A DNA stretch of 64,000 nt from an uncultured virus (IMG/VR IMGVR_UViG_3300032321_000801) (IMGVR_UViG_3300032321_000801); one strand, 5' to 3'; numbered from the stretch's first letter, positions 51,939 through 60,353 are shown. Notes: generated from the letters alone by a model not told the origin. Numbers and translations are program-made.

Positions 51939-52759
51939 GTTTTAACCATGTGTCTACGAGTTTCATTGGGGAATGAAAACCCTTGATTAACTAAATCATT
52001 TACAGAAGTTTGTGTAAACATTTCTTTTCCTTGGTGAGAAGGAAGACCCACGTACCTTTTGGCAGACAATTCGACGTTTGCAACATGCCCGCCTCTGCCT
52101 AGCCACGTTCTCTTTAGGTCATCTTCTTCTTCTGGAATCCAGGAGGGACGACGTATTCCGCGATGGTCGCGAACAGCGCTCACTACGTCGGCGGGGATTA
52201 CTTCATGCGTTCCCGTTCCAAGACACTCTGGGCAAATGTCGTCAACTTGCTCAGGAAGGTAAAACTTTATCCCCTTACGCGACCAATAACTTTTAGTGAT
52301 TTCTTGATTTTCTAGGTATGACTTGTAGTCTCTAGACTCAGGGTTAAAGCGGTGCATGATAATGGCGCTATCCTCCGACAGCGTGTTACTAGAGGCAGGA
52401 CCAACAAATCCTAGTGCGGTGGATGATTCCCACGCCTTTGCTAGAAGATGCGCCGTCATATGGCGGTGCTCTTCATCTACCCCAAAATCCATGACATGTC
52501 CCACATTTGGGTTGTATTCAATTCTCCCTACCTCTTCGAAATACTCGCGCCCGTTTCGTATCCGTCCGTTGATGTGCTTGTACAGAAGTTTTGCCTCAGC
52601 CGAGTCGTCGTAGTAAGAGTGGCTTACATCGACTTTGTAATGAGGACTTTCGTCAAGTCGCTTAGAAAACATCGGAACAATCTTGTTTAGACGCTCTGTA
52701 AACTGCTGACCAATGTTTACGTTTTGCCCTGCAAGACTGGTGTAATCAAAATCCACCAT
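51905..52759 (-). CDS. GNAT-like / Zn-clasp paralog 9
   Basis: 'NIGQQF', 'EVGRIEY...EHRHMTAHLLAKAW...GPA'. CPECLGTG...CPTCDGRG. Confidence 0.75.
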   Translation of the reverse strand: MVDFDYTSLAGQNVNIGQQFTERLNKIVPMFSKRLDESPHYKVDVSHSYYDDSAEAKLLYKHINGRIRNGREYFEEVGRIEYNPNVGHVMDFGVDEEHRHMTAHLLAKAWESSTALGFVGPASSNTLSEDSAIIMHRFNPESRDYKSYLENQEITKSYWSRKGIKFYLPEQVDDICPECLGTGTHEVIPADVVSAVRDHRGIRRPSWIPEEEDDLKRTWLGRGGHVANVELSAKRYVGLPSHQGKEMFTQTSVNDLVNQGFSFPNETRRHMVKTCPTCDGRGLK

Positions 52760-52995
52760 TACTTGCCCCGTTTTTCTTTGAACTGTGCCATTGAGATTAT
52801 GTTGTTAGGCGCGGGCACCGTCTTAATGTGTTCCGCAACATCCCGTACACTAGGTGCAGACAGAATGTCATCATCACCCATGTCCATGTGATACTCGTCG
52901 TAAATAGCCTGAGCCTCTGCAATCTTCTCTTCCAGAGTAGGAACAGGTCGTCCAGTCTTGATGTCGATAACTGGGTTATCTAGTTTCTTAACCAT
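52759..52995 (-). CDS. Hypothetical protein
   Basis: 78 aa, TAATG-coupled to paralog 9. Confidence 0.6.
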   Translation of the reverse strand: MVKKLDNPVIDIKTGRPVPTLEEKIAEAQAIYDEYHMDMGDDDILSAPSVRDVAEHIKTVPAPNNIISMAQFKEKRGK

Positions 52996-53102
52996 GACAT
53001 TCTCCAGACGGAATTTTTTGCGATAGCCAATCGCGGGCGGGTTATTTTTGCAGTTTGTTGACTATCTAAAAATTTTACCTTAGGTCGCCCCAATAGTCTT
53101 GG

Positions 53103-53621
53103 CTACTCCTCGAATCCGAATTGTTTGGGGTTCAGGTCGCTCTGCTGCATAATGCCAAAGAAGTCAGGGTTGTCTTTTGAGTAGGTGGCATCCTCTATAG
53201 TGTTAAGCCACCCAGCGTCCTTCTCCATAGCCTCTTTCTTGAGGTGGAGGGCTAGGGGGTGGTCCTCTCCTAAGACCCTCTTGAGACCGTCTGCCGCCTG
53301 GTGGAACTCCACAACGTGACGCTCGTAGTTTTGGGCTACTTCCTTGCCTCGCATGACTTCAAAATTTTGGCGCTCTTCGCTTCCCTCTGGATGCCCTCCA
53401 CCGCGTTGTCCAGAAGACAGAGAGTCCCACGCTACGTCGAGATGGTGTTGCGCCCTATCGAAGTGACCCTGTACAGAACTCCACGCTCCAAACGCCCGTT
53501 GTGACTCCATCTCTGGGAGAGAGTTGGATATGTCCCCCGCCGTCATCATGGTATCCATATGGTGCTTAGTAGCACCCTCCAGGGCACTTTGGATGTTATC
53601 GAGGTAGTATGACTTTGCCAT
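53103..53621 (-). CDS. Hypothetical protein (leaderless) with C-terminal LNPKQF
   Basis: TACTCT-N7-ATG, 172 aa. Confidence 0.65.
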   Translation of the reverse strand: MAKSYYLDNIQSALEGATKHHMDTMMTAGDISNSLPEMESQRAFGAWSSVQGHFDRAQHHLDVAWDSLSSGQRGGGHPEGSEERQNFEVMRGKEVAQNYERHVVEFHQAADGLKRVLGEDHPLALHLKKEAMEKDAGWLNTIEDATYSKDNPDFFGIMQQSDLNPKQFGFEE

Positions 53622-53798
53622 ACCTATTAGAGTACAGGACTATAGGGGCGCTCTCAGGTTAACCTCGTTCAACGCCGTCAGACGCCCGTCATTGCCCGTT
53701 ATCCGCCGTGTGACGGGTTGGGGCGACCTTAGGATAGATTTAGGCTACTGCCTGGAAATAGGGGCGTCAACTGCGTGTAAGCCCTGGGGTGACCCTTC

Positions 53799-53857
53799 CG
53801 AACATTTGTTCTAATGGTGGGGGGGTCTATGGCTGGCTGACTCGAACATATGTGCGA
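53799..53857. promoter_or_regulatory. Two putative LexA (SOS) boxes
   Basis: CGAAC-ATTT-GTTCT (53799-53812) and TCGAAC-ATAT-GTGCGA (53842-53857), compared with the actinobacterial consensus TCGAAC-N4-GTTCGA. Confidence 0.55.
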
Positions 53858-54311
53858 GGGAGTGTAGGGGCTGGCTGGCTGGCTGTCAACACGACACGCT
53901 GGCTACTGTATAACAATTCCATAACATTCGCACTCGTAAGACCAGATTTACGGCAGTTTCGAGTCGCTGTTACCAATTCGTTATAAATCGCTCTAAGAGG
54001 CTACAAGGGGGCAGGGAGCGTTTAGATACCCTCGATGGGATGTTTTTATCATCGCGCCATTCTAATCGCTCCTATGGGGCGTAGAAACGCTCCTGAGAGG
54101 GGGCTATCCTGTCGCGGATAGCGTGGAGACGGTATCGAGAGGGGGTATCGAGGGGGTATCTCTCTCTGTGGTTAGTCCCTCTCTATATCTGTGATACAAT
54201 CACGCGCCCTTGCTCCTCTTCGGGGGGAGTCCCCCCCGTTCCCCCCCGATGGCGGCGAGGCATCGAGCGTGGCAGGTTGGGGCGTTCTAGTGATTCGATT
54301 GGCTATTCGAC

Positions 54312-54376
54312 CGTTACCTAATCGTTATAAAAAAAGGTCGTGTGGATTAGGTGAATGGCTAATTAGGTGATACGTT
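54312..54376 (+). promoter_or_regulatory. Early promoter: GTTAC-N6-GTTAT repeat plus extended -10 (TGaTACGTT)
   Basis: The same repeat recurs at 53969, 57582 and 59461, and inverted at 53910. Confidence 0.55.
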
Positions 54377-54499
54377 TGTCTTATCGCCCGCTGAGGTGGT
54401 CTAAGGCTCGAAAGAGCGCGAGGCTCTCAGAACGGCAGACGGGATGGCTGAAACACCATCGAATTACAAAGTGAAATTCCTAATCGAAACTTTCTTGAT

Positions 54500-54570
54500 G
54501 CCTCTCTTGTGGTCTGGCTAGTTTGATAGCGAACGGTTCGATTCCGTTCGAGAGGTCGGCGCGATTGCGC
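54500..54570 (+). ncRNA. tRNA-elbow-like element, variant copy
   Basis: GCCTCT/AGAGGT outer stem, TGGTC-containing bulge with an extra hairpin, CGAACGG-TTCGATT-CCGTTCG. Confidence 0.6.
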
Positions 54571-54611
54571 TAGGGGCTTATGCCTCGCTCATATCAACGA
54601 AAGGTAAGGCG

Positions 54612-55202
54612 ATGACCAACATCATCGAAATTCGATTGGCTAATGGTTCGGAATATGTTTGGAATGTTTCGAATCCTTCTCAGGAGCAGATTGACTTGCT
54701 CCCTGTCGTTATGGGGGCACTCGACCGTTGTAACGACAGCCTCGTTCCCGTTCCCGTTCTCAGCGAATCGGTAACGGATGACCGTGCGCTCGAAATTCTT
54801 ATCGAGGCTCTGGTCGAGCGCGAGGTCGATGTCGATGTCTTCTACGGTCGTGACGACATCGCGTTCTTTGGCGATGGCGAAGAGGGCGTGAGCATCGTGG
54901 ATGGCGTAGTCATCCCGATTTACCCGTCTGAAAGTGCTGACGACCTGCTCGAACAGGCTGACAAGTGGGGTTCGCTCCGCGAGGATGTCACGGTCGAGAT
55001 TGCTGGCAATGACATCACGCTCGGCGCATCGGTTCGCGAGGCAATCAATTCCTTTGGCGACATCGAAGAGGTCTATCAGGCTGTCTTCGAGGACAACACA
55101 GAGGAATTCCTCGTTCAGGACTACACCTACAACGAACAAGAGCGCGTGGTTACTTTCTCGCGTGACCTCACTGTTGATGGCATCATCAACGGTTCTAACT
55201 AG
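54612..55202 (+). CDS. Acidic early protein
   Basis: 196 aa, D/E-rich. SD GAAAGG. First gene after the early promoter. Confidence 0.75.
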   Translation: MTNIIEIRLANGSEYVWNVSNPSQEQIDLLPVVMGALDRCNDSLVPVPVLSESVTDDRALEILIEALVEREVDVDVFYGRDDIAFFGDGEEGVSIVDGVVIPIYPSESADDLLEQADKWGSLREDVTVEIAGNDITLGASVREAINSFGDIEEVYQAVFEDNTEEFLVQDYTYNEQERVVTFSRDLTVDGIINGSN

Positions 55203-55212
55203 CCAATCAAAC

Positions 55213-55270
55213 GGGAACGATGGTCGCAGGGGGGGTTCGACTCCCCCCCGTTCCTCTGGTGCGTAGCACC
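55213..55270 (+). ncRNA. tRNA-elbow-like element
   Basis: GGGAAC-GATGGTCGCA-G7-TTCGACT-C7-GTTCCT plus a GGTGC/GCACC hairpin. Confidence 0.75.
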
Positions 55271-55316
55271 ATCGGGGCAAACGCCTCGAATCCAATCAAC
55301 GAAAGGAATTAGCACA

Positions 55317-56333
55317 ATGGTTGCTGATTTGACGATTATGGGAAACGGCGGAGTCGCTTTCGCTGAGGGCACTGATGACGGGCGCGTAAACGCTTGGCAT
55401 CACTTAGGCTCTTCGGTTCAGGGAGCGATGACGGCAGAGCAAGCCCTTTCGATGGGTTATCTCGCTGGCTGGAATGTTCGCAAGCAACCTGTCTTCTGGC
55501 AGAACGGCGCAGGTGAACAAGAGGTCGTTTCAGACCGTTTTATGACGGTGTGGACAGACCCTACCAACGGCGATATTCGCCCTCTCGATATCGTAGGGCG
55601 TAACTACACCCCGATTCAGAACGAGTCACTTGCTCCGTTCCTCAACGCGCTTACCGATGAATCGGGAGCGATGTTTCAGACGGCTGGCGCAATCAAGAAC
55701 GGTAAGCAAGTGTTCTTGACGATGAAATTGCCAGACACAATGTTGCTCAACGGCGAAGACCCGACAGCGTTCTATCTGATTGCCTACAACAGCCACGATG
55801 GTTCTTCATCGTTCCGTTTGGCTGTGTCGCCCGTTCGGGTGGTGTGTTCCAATACACTGGCTATGGCAATGGAGAGCGCAAAGGCGCAGTGGTCGATTCG
55901 ACACACTCGCGGCGCAGAGGGACAGATTGCTTTGGCGCGTGAGTCGATGGGTTTGACTTTCGCGTATATGGCAGAATTCCAAGAAGAGGCAGAGGCTATG
56001 ATGTCCAACATCATTACCGATGACCAATTCTACGGAATCGTAAAGGGGTTGTTCCCTGCTGACGATGACTCGACCACACGCGGAGCAAACGCTAACCGTG
56101 ATGCTCAGGATACGGTTATGAATCTGTGGCGCAACAGTGCCACGATGACCAACCTCGACTCCAAGAGCGCGTGGCGCGGATACAACGCAGTGACAGAGGC
56201 AATCGATTTCTATCTGCCTGTCCGTAACACGATGGGGGATGCCAATCTCGCTCGTGCCTCTCGTTCCGTTCTCCCTACAAGCCCGATGGTCGCTCTCAAA
56301 GAGCGAGCAAGTGGCTTGCTCCTCGCTGTCTAG
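55317..56333 (+). CDS. DUF932 / TIGR03299-like phage-plasmid protein
   Basis: 'AWHHLG', 'VGRNYTPIQN', 'TAGAIKNGKQVF', 'NSHDGS', 'PVRVVCSNTL', 'IRHT'. Confidence 0.88.
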   Translation: MVADLTIMGNGGVAFAEGTDDGRVNAWHHLGSSVQGAMTAEQALSMGYLAGWNVRKQPVFWQNGAGEQEVVSDRFMTVWTDPTNGDIRPLDIVGRNYTPIQNESLAPFLNALTDESGAMFQTAGAIKNGKQVFLTMKLPDTMLLNGEDPTAFYLIAYNSHDGSSSFRLAVSPVRVVCSNTLAMAMESAKAQWSIRHTRGAEGQIALARESMGLTFAYMAEFQEEAEAMMSNIITDDQFYGIVKGLFPADDDSTTRGANANRDAQDTVMNLWRNSATMTNLDSKSAWRGYNAVTEAIDFYLPVRNTMGDANLARASRSVLPTSPMVALKERASGLLLAV

Positions 56334-56342
56334 TACGGCGAT

Positions 56343-56401
56343 GACCCCGATGGTCGTAAGCGTGGTTCGACTCCGCGCTGGGGTTCTGGTACGCTAGTAC
56401 C
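56343..56401 (+). ncRNA. tRNA-elbow-like element
   Basis: GACCCC-GATGGTCGTA-AGCGTGG-TTCGACT-CCGCGCT-GGGGTT plus a GGTAC/GTACC hairpin. Confidence 0.75.
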
Positions 56402-56420
56402 TAATCGAAAGGAAAGTGAA

Positions 56421-57014
56421 ATGGAACAAGTGGCTAACATAATCCCTGTGCCTGATAGCGATACCGAACGGTATCTCGTTGAGTACGACTGGGATTCGGA
56501 TTACGAATGGGTTGTTAGCGACCTGCTCGGATTCCAAATGACACACGCGGATAGGAATATCCGTCGCGTGAATACCACAGACCGATTCCAAACGGTCTAT
56601 CAGCGTATCGTGGACTCAATCGAGCCTAACGATTATGTTGGTGGATGGGATAAGGTCGAGCAAGTGTTCTCGCGTTACCTCACGCTCTCTGGTGTACCTA
56701 ACAAGGTAATTGTGCTACAAGGGTATTCTCAGAGCGAATGGGCGAGAGGCGTTGCTTATCTCCACGATGTTACAGAGGCTATGGGTTCTAAGATTGGCTA
56801 CACCAATGAAGAAAGATTGGAGAGCCTTATCTCGAATCTCAAATCGTGGTGGCGTGGGGATGTGTATCGAGTGACTAAGCAAGAATTGGTTACTTACTAC
56901 ACCAAAGATGGTTCGAAGACATACCAGCAATGGGAAGAGGTCGAAGACCTCGATGCTCTCAGTGGCGTTACTGATGATGTGACATTGGAGATGTGCCGAG
57001 AGTGGATTGGCTAG
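56421..57014 (+). CDS. Hypothetical early protein
   Basis: 'QGYSQSEW', 'WWRGDVY'. SD GAAAGGA. Confidence 0.75.
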   Translation: MEQVANIIPVPDSDTERYLVEYDWDSDYEWVVSDLLGFQMTHADRNIRRVNTTDRFQTVYQRIVDSIEPNDYVGGWDKVEQVFSRYLTLSGVPNKVIVLQGYSQSEWARGVAYLHDVTEAMGSKIGYTNEERLESLISNLKSWWRGDVYRVTKQELVTYYTKDGSKTYQQWEEVEDLDALSGVTDDVTLEMCREWIG

Positions 57015-57022
57015 ACCAATCG

Positions 57023-57080
57023 GGAGCGATGGTCGTAAGTGAGGTTCGACTCCTCACTGCTCCACAGGTACGCTAGTACC
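57023..57080 (+). ncRNA. tRNA-elbow-like element
   Basis: GGAGC-GATGGTCGTA-AGTGAGG-TTCGACT-CCTCACT-GCTCC plus a GGTAC/GTACC hairpin. Confidence 0.75.
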
Positions 57081-57103
57081 TATCCGAAAGAAAGCGAGAA
57101 AGA

Positions 57104-57439
57104 ATGAGTAAGCGTTCTCTGAACAATGTAATGAAAGAGATTCTGGCTGTCGCGCCTGATGCCCTCTTTGGTGAGGACAGTAACGGCGAGATTGTCGTAT
57201 CTCTGGGGATGCGATTGGCTGATGTCGATACGCTCGTACCAATGAACGATGAATTGGGCGAGTGCGATGCGTGTGGAGAGCAGTATGAATTAGCCTCTCG
57301 AATCGGTCGCTGTGGAGATTGCGGTGATTGTGGGGAGTGTTGTATCCACCTTGATTGTGAAACCTGTGGCAATCCGACAAACCGTGACACACGCGAAGCG
57401 TATTGCTACAAGTGTGACCCCTCGTTCGAGGCACAGTAG
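57104..57439 (+). CDS. Cys-rich early protein
   Basis: Multiple CxxC pairs. Confidence 0.7.
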   Translation: MSKRSLNNVMKEILAVAPDALFGEDSNGEIVVSLGMRLADVDTLVPMNDELGECDACGEQYELASRIGRCGDCGDCGECCIHLDCETCGNPTNRDTREAYCYKCDPSFEAQ

Positions 57440-57452
57440 TAGCCATATCAAT

Positions 57453-57495
57453 AGCCACGATGGTCGTAGCAAGGGTTCGACTCCCTCGCGTGGCT
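57453..57495 (+). ncRNA. tRNA-elbow-like element
   Basis: AGCCAC-GATGGTCGTA-GCAAGGG-TTCGACT-CCCTCGC-GTGGCT. Confidence 0.7.
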
Positions 57496-57672
57496 CGAAG
57501 TCTGTCCGCCTTTCGATTGGGTAATTCACTAGCAGGAGTGGAGAGGTTGCTGACAGACCAGCCTCTCTACTCCACCAAAGCGTTACCAAACCGTTATCAA
57601 ATCTGGTCGTTGGAATTCTCAACGGCAAGTAAAGTAGGAACAAGAGCAGTACCGACCCGAAAGGATAAAGCA

Positions 57673-58710
57673 GTGACAATCAAAGAAGCAATAGCAAGCC
57701 TGACCAGAATGGTTGAGAGTGGCGGATTCCGCGAGGATGACGACCTCTACATTACTTGGTGGTCTTACGAAGATGTCCAACTCGTAGCAGACGAGGAGAT
57801 GGACAACGACAAAGCACGAGCAATCTGGGCGAAAGTCTATGACACTATCGAGTGCTGGGATGATGTAGATAACTACCTCGTTCAGCAGGAAATCTATTCC
57901 GTTCTCGAAGCAAAGGAAGAGGCAGAGTAATGGCTACATACAAAGTGGTCGTACACCACGAGTTCTGGGTTACGACAGACGACATTGACAAGGTACAGGA
58001 CAACATTGAGTTCACCGAGTTCCTTTACGCTGACGAGGTGGAGTTCATTGAGGGTTCGATTGATTGGGAAGAGGTAGCAGAGTAATGGCTGATTACAAGT
58101 ATCGCCTCATTCGCAAAGAGGTAGTCGAATCAAATGAAGTCACGGCAACCTCGCGTGACGAGGCTTTGGGCTACATCTACGATGGAATCTACGAAGATGT
58201 CGCTGACAATGTTTCTTACGAAGTCCAATGGATAAATGGAGAGGAAGACTAATGGATTGGGAAGAATTATTCCGCGACCTGCTCGATGCGATTGAGCAAT
58301 GTCCGCATCCGATGGCAGAAGAAATCTGGCAAGACTATCACAAGGTATTAGAGGAAGAGGAAGACTAATGGAACAACAAGAATGTAGCCATTCCAATATC
58401 GAATGGGTATCGGGTGAGGTAGGAGTAGTTATTTCACTCAACGGAGATGTATTCGCAATCTGTAAAGATTGTGGAGCAGAGGCTCGTTCATCCGAACAGC
58501 CAGAAGAAGAAGGAGAATAAAGTGGGCAAGAGAGTAACCGTAACCCTATCATTCGAGGCAGACAGCGAAACCTATGCTGACCTGTTGGATGGAATGACCG
58601 AACAACAAATCATCGAGGAATTGACACAGGTGGCGTATGCGAATCTCGTAGAGTACGCAACCGACCTGCCCTCATTCCACGATGTCGAAACGAAAGTAGA
58701 GGAAATCTAA
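57673..58710 (+). other. Run of six small acidic early ORFs (57673-57930, 57930-58085, 58085-58252, 58252-58368, 58368-58520, 58522-58710)
   Basis: Manual translation. Mostly TAATG overlaps with purine-rich SDs. Confidence 0.65.
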
Positions 58711-59195
58711 TGGGACTGGATATGTATCTCAACGCAAAGCGATATGTGTCGCGTAGCCTGTGGGACAACGCCAACCAAACACGCGAGGAAAATCCAAAAT
58801 GGACAGAGATAGCAGAGGCTAGTGGACTGGCTGGTTATGTAGGTGACGACTGGACTGGAATCTATGTAAACGCTACGGCTGTCTATTGGCGCAAAGCCAA
58901 CGCAATCCACAATTGGTTTGTCCTGAATGTTCAGGGTGGCGAGGACAACTGTACGCCTCACTGGGTAGCACTGGAACAGTTAGTCGAATTGCGTGACCTC
59001 ATACGGCAGGTGAACGCAGACCACAGCCTTGCGGAAGACCTGTTGCCGCCGACTGAGGGGTTCTTCTTCGGTACTACTGAGTTAGACGAGTGGTACTGGA
59101 ACGATTTGGAAACCACTGAGAAAGACCTTGACAGGGTTATCGCAATGGCGGAAGAAGACAAGATGATTGAGTTTGAGTATCATTCATCGTGGTAA
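58710..59195 (+). CDS. Conserved phage early protein (MGLDMYL / YWRKANAIH family)
   Basis: 'MGLDMYL', 'YWRKANAIHNWFV', 'LLPPTEGFFFG', 'YHSSW'. Confidence 0.8.
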   Translation: MGLDMYLNAKRYVSRSLWDNANQTREENPKWTEIAEASGLAGYVGDDWTGIYVNATAVYWRKANAIHNWFVLNVQGGEDNCTPHWVALEQLVELRDLIRQVNADHSLAEDLLPPTEGFFFGTTELDEWYWNDLETTEKDLDRVIAMAEEDKMIEFEYHSSW

Positions 59196-59248
59196 ATCTG
59201 GTGGTGGGGGAACAAGCCCCCACCCCACAACAGAAAGGAAATAGCCAA

Positions 59249-59449
59249 GTGACTTATTCATTTGGAAAACTTATCGAATTGGTAAGCACAGCGTACCCTG
59301 ATGCGGAGCAGTATCAAGACCGCGACAAGGCGCAAGCGTTCCTCGCTGGGATGTTCTACACCCTCGCAACAGAGGAAACCATCAAGCGAATCGGTGACTA
59401 CCTCGCTATCGAGGTTCACGAGATTCACACGTTAGAACCAACTGCCTAA
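59249..59449 (+). CDS. Hypothetical early protein
   Basis: GTG start with SD GAAAGGA. Confidence 0.55.
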   Translation: MTYSFGKLIELVSTAYPDAEQYQDRDKAQAFLAGMFYTLATEETIKRIGDYLAIEVHEIHTLEPTA

Positions 59450-59645
59450 CACAATGAACCGTTACCAAACCGTTACCCAATCTGGTGAGTGGCACACCAG
59501 ATTGGGTGTAGGTTGGAATTATCAACAAAAGCAATACCGAAAGGAAACAACACAAATGTTCACCTGTAAAGATGACAAGCACCACCACTACCTCGACATA
59601 ATGGGCGACCTCAAAGTTCATTGCTCTGAATGTGAGGCGTAACAA

Positions 59646-60065
59646 ATGGCTAATTACTACGGCAAGGCACGGAGCAATTACTTCGCTGTCAAAGACGAAC
59701 AATCATTCCGCGAGGACATTGCGAAATGTAATGTTCACCTGTTGGAGCGAACAACCGAAGAGGGGCAAATCCTCTTTGGAATGATGGACAACAATGATGA
59801 CGGATATCCAATGGATACTTGGATGGCGTGGTCGGCGGATGATGACACAGACGAGCCAGAGGTAACTTGGGGAGAATTCTTCCAGAAGCACCTCGCTGAC
59901 GGTTGGGTAGTTATCCTGATGGAGATTGGTTCTGAGAAGCACCGATTCCTCACTGGCACTGCCTCTGCTATCAACAACAAGGGCGAGGAGCGTTTCATTG
60001 ACCTCTCCGATATCGTCAATCTCGGAAAAGAAATTGGGGAGTATGTCACTTCCCCGACTTACTAA
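59646..60065 (+). CDS. Hypothetical early protein
   Basis: 'MANYYGKARSNYFAVKD...LMEIGSEKHRFLTG'. Confidence 0.75.
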   Translation: MANYYGKARSNYFAVKDEQSFREDIAKCNVHLLERTTEEGQILFGMMDNNDDGYPMDTWMAWSADDDTDEPEVTWGEFFQKHLADGWVVILMEIGSEKHRFLTGTASAINNKGEERFIDLSDIVNLGKEIGEYVTSPTY

Positions 60066-60076
60066 GGAGTAGCCAG

Positions 60077-60205
60077 ATGTGTAACCACGACAAGATAGAG
60101 TGCCCTGAACACGAGGGTAACTTCGACTGTAACCCGTTCTGCCGTCTGTGTGAGGGCGAGCAGGAGTATTGCCCGACCTGTGAACAACAAGGAGAAGAAC
60201 AATGA
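60077..60205 (+). CDS. Small Cys-rich protein
   Basis: Manual translation: MCNHDKIECPEHEGNFDCNPFCRLCEGEQEYCPTC. SD AAGGAG. Confidence 0.6.
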   Translation: MCNHDKIECPEHEGNFDCNPFCRLCEGEQEYCPTCEQQGEEQ

Positions 60206-60353
60206 AAGACAACCGATTCCAACGACACAACTTTCACGCTGTCGAGATAGTCACTTACAAGAGTGGCAAATGGTCGCTCGAATGTACGGACTGTAATGAA
60301 GTAATCATTGACGAAGTAGCGTGGGAAATGATGAACGAAAAGGAAGTGAACTA

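Noticed and set aside
40820..52759. Diversity-generating retroelement as the source of paralog variability
   Set aside because: No reverse transcriptase and no near-identical TR/VR pair with adenine-specific differences is seen in the window.
54100..54260. G/C-run inverted repeats as a replication origin
   Set aside because: Hairpins are present, but I could not identify iterons, DnaA boxes or an AT-rich unwinding element, so an origin call is unsupported.
54387..54465. Hammerhead or twister ribozyme in the early leader
   Set aside because: The CUGAUGA/GAAA core and twister consensus are not present in the required arrangement.
54500..57495. Mini-tRNA elements as true tRNAs, CRISPR repeats or integron attC sites
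   Set aside because: They lack an anticodon arm and CCA, their stems vary in sequence, and they are separated by whole genes. No cas or integrase gene and no attC core sites are visible.
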